Below are positions 50,560-61,200 of a stretch of DNA of 64,000 nt, one piece after another. The number at the start of each line of letters is the position of its first letter. The first letter of the stretch is position 1. Source of the stretch: Raillietiella orientalis (Eukaryota); the NCBI GenBank assembly GCA_036172245.1, contig JAYWIR010000033.1:1178001-1242000 (forward strand), in the 5' to 3' direction. The translations under genes were made by a program, and so were the position numbers. The notes beneath the pieces were generated by a model. The model ran no database searches and was not told the DNA's origin. It saw only the letters and a program-made list of their open reading frames with translations.

Positions 50560-51500
50560 AGGGCGGGGACCATAAACATATGAAAAAATACAAAAAGAAG
50601 ACATGGGGAAGGACAGAGGTGTTTGGCTTCAGCCGTTCCTTCTTCTCAGAACCTGCGTTGAATACCAGCGATCTCCTTCCTGACTTCTTCCCTGAGCCGA
50701 GGTAACGTGGCAGCTATCCTCTTGTTGGAGGCCGCAATCCCTGTAACCTCGTGACTCCAACACGTGGTGCGCCATGACGACGGCTCAGATGCATCAGATC
50801 TTTGCGATGACCTCACCTAGCGAGAGGCCACCGCGCGTCCACTGATGGCGATGTCTACCTGGTGCAGGAGCTCTGAAGACAGCCTCTGCCACAGTTCTTG
50901 GAGAGCATCGCAGTCGAAGAGTATGTGCGAGAGAGATTCCGCTGCTCCGCACCTTCCACAGCTCGGGGAGGCAACTCCCCCGGAAGCGAGGTGCGCGCGC
51001 TGATTGCAATGGGAACGCCAACGCAACAGCAAAAGCACATCCTTCTTCCGCGGAAGGGGAAACACAGAAGTGTCTACTCACGAGGGTGGGACTACAAGCT
51101 CTTTGAGGGCACGCTGAGTGAGCAGTTGGCTCCACCACAACAGTCCCTTCGCACAATCACCAGCTGTGGCGGCGTCTGTCAGCTCGCTCGTCTTCCAGCC
51201 GCCCAGTGGCCTCGTTTCTCCAGCGGTGGCGGCAGCTTCCGGCGTCATGCGCGCAGCTGATGGCGGCGCGCGTTGTCTTCCGGTCCTTCGGCCGTGCCGG
51301 TCCTTTCGGGGGTGGGCGCTCCCATCTGGTGGCTGTCCCCGCCCGTGCCGAATGTAGGCCGATGAGCACCACCAGCTTCACGAGATGGTGTGTGGGAATC
51401 CCCCCGCTCTTGGAAAACATCGCCGCTCTCGGCGATGCAGGGCCTCAGCCAGCCGAAGAGAAACGCACAAATCCGCGCTCGGATTCCCCTAGAAGGTGAA
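50560..51500 (-). mobile_element. Tx1-like 3' end
   Basis: PSCGRCGAAESLSHILFDCDALQELW zinc motif. Confidence 0.85.
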
Positions 51501-52470
51501 AGGGCGGAACGCATGGTCTTCCATGTTCGCCCACTTCTCCTTCGTTCGCCTCCGTGAACGCTGTGCCGGCGTGCTTTGGAATGGACGGGATGCGCCCGGT
51601 TGTAATGCGGCGGCTGTTCTATCCTCAGGACGAGGTCAGGTCGCAAGGAAGACTCCATGACGTGGAATCGCTCCTGGCCCATCAAGTGCAGTCCTGAGCA
51701 TGCCCATCCGCAGCACGCCCACCGATTCTCCGAAAGCGGATGAAACTTTGGTGGATTCCCGCAGCGACTCTTGCATCTGGTTCCCTCCGAAGATTCCCTA
51801 GGAGTAGCCGGCGGAGAGCAGAGCCTCATCCGTTGAAGGGGCTTTTGCGGTGAAATGACCTCACATTCGGAGTGGTTGGGAAGTCCGGCTTGCTGCAACG
51901 CGACCACACCGACTGCCGTCTCTGCAAAGAGGACCCAGAGGATTCATCTTCTCAGGTAGCGTTGACCCCGTGGATGAACGAACGTTTGGTGCAACGCTCA
52001 TCACATCCCGTGGAAGGTGTTGGTTGCTATGAACTGTGTGACGGTGGGAACCACGCAAGTCTGAATCCTCTAAGGTGTGAGCAGCGTCACTCAGTCACAG
52101 ATGCAACCAAAGAGAGCTCAGTCAATCGATTGCCGACCGAACCTCTGAACAGAGCCGTTCCCGACTTTGGGCGTTCCTTAGTAGGAAGACAGCAGATTCC
52201 TCTGGTTCTGAGGTGGAGCAGGATCACCACGGAGGAAGGATTTAACTGCAGAATAATTTGGCAGATATTGTTAGGAGATAGCGAATGCACCGGCAGCATC
52301 CCTGGAGGATTGGCGCGGAGCAAGGTGGCACGACAGAAGCCTTTGAGCACGTTCCGGTCGATCCTAGGTTTCCGGAGAAATCCTTGGCCATCGAAGCCTG
52401 GTTTCCTGCTTGGAGGCTTGCAGACGCTTTCACGGGAAGCGGTCGGCAGCATTCGATTTTCTCTCACATT
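51500..52470 (-). mobile_element. Tx1-like endonuclease relic
   Basis: CCTCTGGTTCTGAGGTG at ~52200 is the reverse complement of the 28.7 kb EN segment; LPNHS (SDH-like). Confidence 0.5.
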
Positions 52471-52482
52471 CCATTCCGAAGC

Positions 52483-52793
52483 TTCCCTCAGTCAGAAAGG
52501 CGGTCTTCTAGCTGAACAGTGTGGATGCGAGGAAGAAGAGGAGATTTACAAACGCCGGTCCGGCTAGCTCGAAGGAGCTCAAAACTCCTCCTTCCTTGCC
52601 TGGAAGCCGGAGGGGAGATTTGACCTGCTTCCTTCTGTTGATGGAGTCCTCGGGATGTTCCCGATGAGCTTTGCCACGTGTTGGCAGCCCAGCGATCGCC
52701 AAATGCTGGAGAAGGTCACGACAGAGAGTGACGTGACCGCACGAACCAGCCCAAGGAAGGGTCGTGAAAAAAAACTCTGCAGGATGAAAAAAA
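52483..52793 (+). repeat. ~310-bp direct repeat, copy 2
   Basis: Matches 48296-48604. Confidence 0.95.
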
Positions 52794-53599
52794 GAGGGTT
52801 CCGGGAGAGGGAGAAAGGAAACGAGTCCCCCGCATCCGTTTTCATAGAAGCTCAATATTCCTCCTGTCGCTGCATTTCGAGGGATGGGCGGACCGGGATC
52901 GCGGTAATTTTCAAAGCAGCTCGCCGCAGCCGAGTGTACTCCAGCGACGAGGAAAAATTCCTGTCCCTCCGAAATGTCAGGAGATGCGAAATTTCCGAGT
53001 AATGGATAATTCGGTGGGGCGATGCGTGAGGCGATGTGAGACCGCTGATGCTGCTTTCTCCCTACCAGGTGCCAACGCATGGGTCAGCTCTTGGACGGAG
53101 GCGCGAGGTCACGCATGCAGCGTCTCCGCAGCCGTTCGTGCCGAGGCAACCCTGTCTGACACCTGACGTGTTTGGCACCCTCTGCGTGCCCTGCTTTTCC
53201 AGCCTGGATGGAACCGACGCCCCTAAAAAGTTGTGTTTTGTTTTGCTTCCCCCCTTTTGGCATTTCGTCGCTGAGGATGGCGTCGGAAGAGGGGAAAAGG
53301 GGGAGTTCGAAACGCGCGCTTCCGGCGAAGCGGAAGGCAAACCCCTACGGGAGACTGAGGAAGGTCACCGCGGAGGACTCATCGTTCTGAGAGCGGTCCT
53401 GCGCCTGCCATGCGCCTCAGAAATCATGACCTTCCGCCGGATCGCAGGATCCTACAGGATCCCATCCTTCGCCGGCTGCTGCGTCTCCGTTCGTGCAGGG
53501 GTCTTTCTCCACACAGAGGTTCGATGGGAGGGCAGGGAGTGAAGCGTGCAGTTCCTTCTGTATGGGGTTATCCACTTGGCTCACTGCAGCGGAAGAAAA

Positions 53600-53821
53600 G
53601 GTTGCCCGAGCAACCGTAGCGAGAGCGGGCTGCTCCCTTGCGGTCCAGCGGATGGACGTCCACGCGAGCGGCCATCGAGGTTCCGAGAGCGGTCGTTTCA
53701 GAGTAACGCCTGCGGGGGCGGGAAGGACGGATTCTTCTCCGGTTGTCCGGGAGACCGTCGCGATAGCAGGCTGCTCCCTTTGCAATCCAGTGGATGGCCG
53801 TCCACTCCGCGCCCATCCAGG
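53600..53821 (+). repeat. Two ~80-bp imperfect direct repeats, period 141 bp
   Basis: GGTTGCCCGAGCAACCGTAGCGAGAGCGGGCTGCTCCCTT.. at 53600 versus GGTTGTCCGGGAGACCGTCGCGATAGCAGGCTGCTCCCTT.. at 53741. Confidence 0.85.
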
Positions 53822-54939
53822 CGCCGAGAACTAGAAAAGGGATAACTAGGGATCGTCCGGAGTTCAATCAGTGGGGTGAAGGAGTCATCCAGGGATGGGC
53901 GCAGGAAGCAGCCTTTCCAGTCTTGCCTGTACCGACACAAAAAAAAAAAAAAAGGAAAGAGGAAGAAGGAAGATGGCGACAAAAAAGGAGGGTGGGGCTC
54001 CATCCGTAGTACTGCCAGAAAGAGGAATGGGAGCTGAAGCGGCGCCAGGAACGAAGGGCCGCCATTCCTGGCTTTTGCTCTGGTTGCTTCTCTGAGGACC
54101 CTTTGCTCGCCTCCAGGCCGAAGTCTCGCGATCGAAAAATTTCCGAATTTCCGATGGGGGAATCCGGCAGCTTCGATCGGCAGCGGGGACCAGGACTCTC
54201 GGGAGCTCGAGGAACCGCGCGCGAGCGATTCCATGGATTTTCGTGACGTCACCGCTGGAACACGTCATCCCTGCGATCCTTGCAGCGGATGCTCCCTCCC
54301 TCTGATTACCGTTTCCCCGCCCTTCCAAATTCCCTCTCCCCTTCCCCCTCCCACCTACGCCCGCCACCCCTCTTCCCCGAAAGCATCCCCTGCGACGGCC
54401 AGGGGCGGGGATAAGTCGAAACGGTGGGAGGACCCCCGTTCTCTCGGGGACACCGGGACCGTAGCGTGCTTCCCGTCTAGCGGGAGTGGCTCTCGGGGCT
54501 CGCCACCTGCGGCTCCTTCTCGCGCGACCTCCCCGACCCAGGGGCCGTCCTCGCGCGGCGGCGTTCCCCGTCCGCCCGCCGCGCGAGGGCGCTCGCCGCG
54601 CAGGGCGAGGCGGGAGGCGGCTCTCCGCTCCGCCAGTATCCCTCTTTCTGAGCGTGCGAGCCGCACGGAGCGACGTCGCTCCCAGCCCGCTCCCGGAGGA
54701 TCGATAGGAACGTCGCGGGAAGGCCGCATCGGTTCTCCTCCCCTCCCCCGCTGCTCCTTCTCCTCCTCCTCCTCCTCCTCCCCCTCGCGTCCCTCGTGCT
54801 TTCCACCGCCTTCCCCCGTTGCTCTCCTCCTCCTCCTCGCGGCCCTACGCCCCCCTACTGCCCCCTTTATCCTCCCTTCCGTCCCGCCAACTCTTCCGCG
54901 AGTCCTCTGGGAAGAACGACCGAACGCGGAAGAGGATAA

Positions 54940-54986
54940 GGAGCAGGAGGAGGAGGAGCAGGAGGAGGAGGAGGAGGAGGAGGAGG
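54940..54986 (+). repeat. (GAG)n trinucleotide microsatellite
   Basis: About 15 units interrupted by two CAG. Confidence 0.95.
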
Positions 54987-54990
54987 GCCC

Positions 54991-55065
54991 ATGATCGCCT
55001 CCACGGGACCTGGACGCCTCCCCCACCCTTCGCTCCGATCCGGGACGCCGCCGCGCCAGGCATGA
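54991..55065 (+). other. Candidate uORF (24 aa) whose stop overlaps the main ATG
   Basis: ATG 54991 reads MIASTGPGRLPHPSLRSGTPPRQA to TGA 55063-55065 within the sequence ATGA. Confidence 0.5.
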
Positions 55066-55144
55066 CTAGACCCTACGCGGTGGCGACGGCGTGGGTGGTC
55101 CTAGCCAGCTTCCTCGCGGAGGGGATCCGGACCCACGGCAGCAG
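55062..55144 (+). CDS. Candidate first coding exon of an unidentified secreted or membrane protein (signal peptide-like)
   Basis: GCCAGGC-ATG with purine at -3; MTRPYAVATAWVVLASFLAEGIRTHGS has a basic n-region and hydrophobic core; ends at a near-consensus donor CAG|GTAAGC (phase 2); lies inside the CpG island. Confidence 0.6.
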
Positions 55145-55499
55145 GTAAGCCACAGCGCCGAGCGGGCAGCCTGCTCTCCCTTCCGGGTTCCGGAACGAGG
55201 GACTCGACCGGAAGACGGGCAGCGGCGGCGGCGGCGGGGGTGGGGGGGGGGGGATGGGGAATGCGGGAATGGGAGCAAGGGGACACCCATGGCAAGGGTT
55301 GCAGGGACGACGTGTTCCATCCCGAGGGCACGCTCGCGCCCTCGGGATGGATGCGACGGAGCGCGCAGGCTCTCCGGAGGGGAAGCCAGGCAGCGGCTCC
55401 CCTCAGGGAGAGCAACCCAACGTCCGCAGACCAACCTCACCACGCCCACAACCCCAAAAGTCCTCCCGGATAAGCCCCTGGGGTACGTTACCAGCACCT

Positions 55500-58400
55500 G
55501 GATACCATGATCCTTTGCCCCGAAGAAGGGCCGGGGCCGCGGACAACAGCTTCATTGCAAGGGGTCCGTTCTTCTTACCCACGTGGTTTCAGAAGCCTTC
55601 CCAGCAAACTTTATGAGAGGGGTACCTCCCGGGAAGGTCTTCCTTCCTGCTAAGAGGCCTTCTCGAAAGGAAGACCTTCCTGGAAGCTTTCCTGAAGGGA
55701 CGACCTCCCTGCGGGGTCTTCCTGGAAGACCTTCTCAGAAGGAGGTCCCTGCCTCCATTGAGAGCCTAGGTGGTGCATCTCTCTAGGCAGCTCGCCTGAG
55801 GCAGGTCTTCAGCAGAGAGGCGGACCTCAGCAGGGAAGGCGGTTGCGAAGTCCGGGTGAGGATCATCTCCGTGGTTCAGAAGGAACCGTGGAGTAGCCTC
55901 GAGCATCCTCCGGAGAATCCACTCCATAGGAGGGAGGGAGAGAGGAGAAGAGGATTCACGGAAGCTGGAAAGCTCCTTCTTCCGCCGCCTCCAGAAACGT
56001 TCCCAGAAGCTCACCCGCTCCCGTCAGTTCCCTCGTTACGGGAATTGACGTGTGCGGTTCCACCGAGGGAGCGAGCGCCTGCCTGTCAGATGGGATCTGT
56101 TCTTTCGATGTTCTCGGATCTCTGCTCCGCTTCTGGTTTCTTGGGACGGCACAGAAACTATTGCGTCTTTGCCCTGGGGGCGGAAGACCTCAGCACTCCC
56201 ACAAACAAAGCCATGGAAGGGAAACCCAGAAAGGAAAGCCTTCCTTCCTCCGTGGAAGGTGCAGTGCCGACAGCTCATCCACGGGAATCTCTCATCCAAG
56301 GCGCATGCAGAAGGTGACAAGCAGTGACCTTGTATGAAGATACGGTTACTTGGGCAACAAGGAAGAAACCGAATGGAGGAGCCCAGGAGGGTTCTTCGTC
56401 ACTGAGGGGGCGTGCTCTAGCACAGAGGCCCTGCCTCCTTCAAGCTAAAGGCCGGAAGCACCTGAAAAGTTCCAGAGAGAGAATCCTACCACAGAAGGCT
56501 TTCTTCCAGAGGAGCTCACTTGACTCTCGCGGCTGAAAGAGAAAGATCCCATGATGGGAAAGCCCTCGCGTTGGTTGCTGAGGCAGCTCAACGGCAGCTC
56601 ACAGAAAAGGAAGCATTCTCCGGTGGAGACCGCAGAGCACTACCGAAACGAGAGAAATCAGTAACCGAAGATCTCCGTACCGAACTTCTGGAAGGCCGTT
56701 GCTGGAGAGGCAGCATTGCCAAAGAAGTGGACGTTCTGGAGAGTGTCCCTGAAGCCTCGAAAGAGAGCCAACTTTCCTGACAAAATGCTACCAACAAGAG
56801 GAGAGGAAGAAGGCCAGCCCAGACCATCACGTGTTCCTGCAGTTGTTCCTTCTTCCGACAACTTGGGGTCTCAGGGCATACAGAATCGCCATTTTGAATT
56901 CAGGTGATGGGAAATTCGTGGCAGAAGGGGTTCAGCCATCCTTTAGATTCTCCTTGCTCTTCCACGCATGGTCTTTTTGTTTACCTGCTCTCCTCACTTA
57001 TTGCTTACTCCCATTCCCTTCTCTGCCGGCCTCTTTCCCGATTCGTGCATCCGACCCGCCACCACCTTTCCACGCTCATTCCTGGTCCGCCTTCAAGCAC
57101 AAGAATCACACCCATGAGTCTGCATGTCCCGAGAGTTGGTCTACCTTTCTGCCTCGGATGCTAGTCAGCTATTGAGGGCGAGGTCACCTTGGGACGTTTT
57201 GGTCCAACCCAACTGTCAGAAAGCTTCACCCTTGGATGATGGCTGAAATCGCGTTGCGCCTCTTTCCTGCCCCTTTTATGGCGCTCCCACAGCCGAAGTA
57301 CCGAGATGCATTTACACAACTCCTGCCGCAAGACTGTAGAGCTGGACCAACGGCTGCAAATCGGGAAATCCGATCAGCCTCCTGCTAACCGCGAAGACAT
57401 TCACATATTCTGGATGCTTCTATCCTTCTCTTCTCTGCACGATGCTCATCGGGAGCTGGGAGATCAGAGGCTGGCAGGAAGTAGAAGAGTGGACGCTGCT
57501 TCTTTCGCTAATCCGAAGAGATCCACAAGCCACCCGACCTGTCCCCCGACGTCTCCTGATACAACCTCGCTGGTAATGCGGCTTGCCGTCTTCCTCTCTC
57601 TGTATCCCCTCGGCACGCAAAGAGGTGTCGTGCTGCCGTTGCTGCGGCTTCTTAGAGCCGGGAGTGCGCGGCAGAAGGCCACGAGTGTTACCAACCGCCT
57701 CTGGCTAATCCCGAGCATCGGAAGCCACCGAAGAAAGACATTTTGATGAACATCGGGAGGCTGGCATCGAGAGTAACGAGTAGCAATCCAGGATGTCCAC
57801 TTTGCACGGTTTCTTCCACAACAAATGTCCCTTGGAGGGGTCGCTCCTTCTTGAAACACTCCCCGTCCGTACAAACAAGGGGATTTTTTTTTTCCTGGAA
57901 GGTATTTGTTGGATATCGTGGCGTAGATAGGTTTCCGGATTGCGATTTTCGATTTCCGGGAAGCAGGGATTCAAAATTCGGGAAGAGGGGAGCAAGAGTC
58001 GGCTCCCTTAATCTCATGGAACCAAAGCGGGAGAAAGGGAGACTCGTCTTCTCGCGGGAAAGTCTCCCTATCTCTCCCTGCGGTGAATTTCCGAGCAGAT
58101 CATCACGCCGGATCGGCATTCGGTGAGACTCGCAATGTGAGAACAGATGCTGCGACCGGATATCGGGAAAGGCATCAAACGTGCGGCAGGCGATCCCTCG
58201 CTTTCTGAAACGCGTTTCTGGTCCTTGGGAGGTCACTCACCCAGCCTCTGAACCAGAGAGAAGACGGTTCCTTGAGAGTCAGCGCCGCTAAGATCCCCTG
58301 CTTGCAGGGGTCACCTTGGGACGAGGGATGATAGGTTCTTCCGTGATGCCAGCTGTCGGCGGTGCCTCACGGAAGAAGAGGTCGGGGAGTCAGGTCGGAG

Positions 58401-59990
58401 AGAGTGCGAAATCCCTTTTCCCTAACAGGAGGGAACACGCACACGGGAGCGTTACCTCGGGGGGAGGGCCGAGGGAGTGAGCGCGAAGATTCTGCTTGGG
58501 AAGCTGCGATCCCTGAGCGCTCATTCGTGTTACTTGCAAAGCCACAGAGATCCAAAGCAGCCGTGCATAACGCGTACGCCGGGATGGCTGTTTGGCGTTC
58601 GTGACCGTTGTCACGGAAACCTCGCGTACCTAACCCTGAATTTTACATGACCTGCACACTCTGTCTCCGTGTTGGGTGGGGAGGTTCAGTTGTGTTCAAA
58701 GCTCTTCAGTGGCACCGAAGTTTAACTCTCCTCTTTTCGTGTTCCCATCTTCTGGAAACATTCGATTTCGGTAGGATCAATCAAGGAATTCCCAGGATTT
58801 TTATCGCTTCTCCGGGAGGCTGCTGCAGGAACTCCTGGAGAACGCTTGATCTTATGCGAAGATGGAATTACGGAAGTGCAGCGAAAGCTGCAGAGATTCA
58901 GTTCGTATCTTCTGTGGTCTCGATCCGCCTTGTTGCGATCGATTTTTCGAGTTGCCTAGGTGAATCCTCGGGGCGAGAGCCTTTGCAAAGCGAGGGGCAA
59001 CTCGCATCCGGTTTGCTGTTTTCACGTCTTCCTGCGTACGCTGATGATTGTACGGTCCCCATTCTCATGATCGACCATCACCTAGGGAACCGCAAACTTG
59101 TTCCCGGCAGAGATGATGCCCTTCCGTTTCCTTGACCACTCGCCCCCCAGTCACCATCGCGGCGACAGCTTTCACTGACGAGTACCTGGCACCATCGTGG
59201 CATGAAGCCCGCCGCCTTCCAGAACACCGAGCTTTAAACGTTTGGCACAGCTTCCTGCAAGATTGCAAGGTTGGACCAGCACCCGTTATTCCGGAAATGG
59301 GAACGTGGCACTGTCTTGCTGTCGGCAGTCATTCCCTGCAGGCTTCTCTCTCCCGGCGTCACTTCCCACCGAGTTCCTCTCCTCAGCGCTTCAGGATGGT
59401 CGAAATGCTGAATCTTTTTCTGACCTCAGGGCTGAAGAGAGGCCGTCGGCCTCGTAGCTCCAGGAGAAGGACAGAAAATTTGCAGAGTGCAGAAGCTGCA
59501 AGTGCTCTCTTCTGGACCCAGATAGCTGTGAATCGGAATGTCTAGGGAGTGCCGGTGGTAGGCAGAATGCAACGGAGTCGAAACCCCGCCGGCGCTCTGT
59601 TCCTGCGAACGGGGACGTGGCTCACGCAACGCCAGCGACAGCGTGCTTACTACCTGGATGCTTCAAGGATCTCGTCAAACCTCGGCGCAGTAGATGATTC
59701 CATTTGATCTTCCTCCAAAGAGGTTCGAAAATATGGAGGAATTTGATCGCATCCACGTCCAGATGGATTCTCAGGATTCCAGATGAAGATGTCGCTCTGC
59801 GAAGAGCGTATCGACTGTCTTTCCGCACAGATAAAGTCAGTAACGCGACCTGAAAACTTAAGCATGGCACCCCCCATCCTGTTCTTCCGCAAAAGAACAG
59901 GAGGCTACGAGCTGGCTCCTTGCTTCTCCAAATCTGATTTCTTTTCTCATCCATTCGACAAGGAATTTTTTCTTCGTTTTTTTTTTTTTT
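55500..59990 (+). mobile_element. Near-full-length but decayed Tx1-like LINE (ORF1-EN-RT)
   Basis: AYADD at 59034-59048. Upstream GSRRVDA (SRID-like), REKGRLVF (EKxSRFFF-like) and GGNTHTGALP (GKTPGxDGLP-like) occur in the expected order. Cys-containing ORF1-like segment near 56050-56170. Confidence 0.65.
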
Positions 59991-60299
59991 TTATTAGATC
60001 CAATACGTGAAAGATGTTGACATTGTAAGGACGTGGAGACTTCCTTGAGCCACACTCAGCTTTAGCATTTTCTCTCTGTGTTATGACCTTGAAGACCATG
60101 CTCTTTCATTCAAATGAAAGCTGCTCTTCTTGCAGCAGTTTGCGATGTGAGCCATCGTTGGTCTCTCAGTTGTCGCTCCATCCGATAATTAATCGCTCTC
60201 AGCCCGTCAGCAAACGTAGAATAGGTCCAACGTACCATGATGCTCCGTGTGATGCTTCCTTGCTGTAGGCATTCGAGGCAGCGTTCCTATGACGATTAT

Positions 60300-61200
60300 T
60301 TCTCGGCACAGCATCACAGAATAGCTCACTCCGAGTTCAACGGCCAAGACACAAGAGCTGCAAGCACTGCTGCACCTTCAACCTAATCATCACCGCGCAG
60401 AGACCTACGATGGTTTTTCTCTGTGCGCGTGCAAAGTTTATCCAGCAGCAGCAGTCGAGTCGAGACGCACCTGCTCCAGCTTCTCAGGGCAGTGATAGCA
60501 GATTTAGGAAGAAAGACAGCACCTGGATACTTGGCCCACATCCTCGGATGTCCGCAAATGGCACTTCATTGATACGGTCTCTTATCTTTTGCAATCCGTA
60601 TGAAAAATGGACGAGTAATGAATCTCGAATTTTCCATGGAAGCTCAGATAGCCGAGCGCCATCCAGCTGAGGAGATCTGGCAAGGGAAACCTCCAGCAGC
60701 TGGCGCATCGCGAAACTCTCCTGTTCAGTGGATAGCCTGAGGACGCATCCATGGAAACGGCGTTTTTCCGCGGATCAATTTCGCCTCAGGTCTCCCTGTT
60801 CCTCCGAGTACTTTTTGCATGTGAATCGGGGAAACACTCTCGAGAGATCGTTGATCTGACACGAGGAAACCAAGAAGCTGCTCGATCTACCAGGCATCTT
60901 CACAGGAGTAAACAAGCTGAAGTCTACTGCTTTCCCATACGAGGAAGCAGCTGTTGGGGCCCTTCCTCTCGCAATCACTGTGATGCAGTCGGAAACTCCT
61001 GATTCAGACAGATCCCGAAGAACTCCCGAGACATCCATCTTGAGGAGAAATCAAGATCATTCGGAAATTTCAGACATCCCACCGGCTATCAAGGAAAGAT
61101 CTTCGAGTAAGATTTCCATTTTCGAGGCAGGAATGGCACCTGTACAAAAAGATAGAGCAACAAGACCAGGAAGGGAGGGGAATGAGAAATGAGGAATGAA
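60300..61200 (-). mobile_element. L1-like ORF1 relic
   Basis: NDLDFSSRWMSREFFGI resembles DLENRSRRNNLRIxGI. Confidence 0.35.

Larger units (their letters stand above)
54230..55400 (+). promoter_or_regulatory. GC/CpG island, candidate promoter and 5' UTR
   Basis: Very high GC and CpG density, no TE motifs, CRE TGACGTCA at 54244-54251, GC box GGGGCGGGG at 54402-54410, simple repeats typical of 5' UTRs. Confidence 0.75.

Noticed and set aside
48296..52793. LTR retroelement bounded by the 310-bp direct repeats
   Set aside because: No TG..CA ends, PBS, PPT or TSD; the repeat is LINE ORF2-like and the interior is unrelated fragments.
54233..55026. Long ORFs of 253 aa (+) and 223 aa (-)
   Set aside because: Low-complexity Pro/Ser/Arg/Glu frames produced by high GC and trinucleotide repeats of the CpG island.
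55488..55512. GATACCATGATC match to the U1 snRNA 5' region
   Set aside because: Only a 12-mer, expected by chance at this window size; the flanks do not continue the match.
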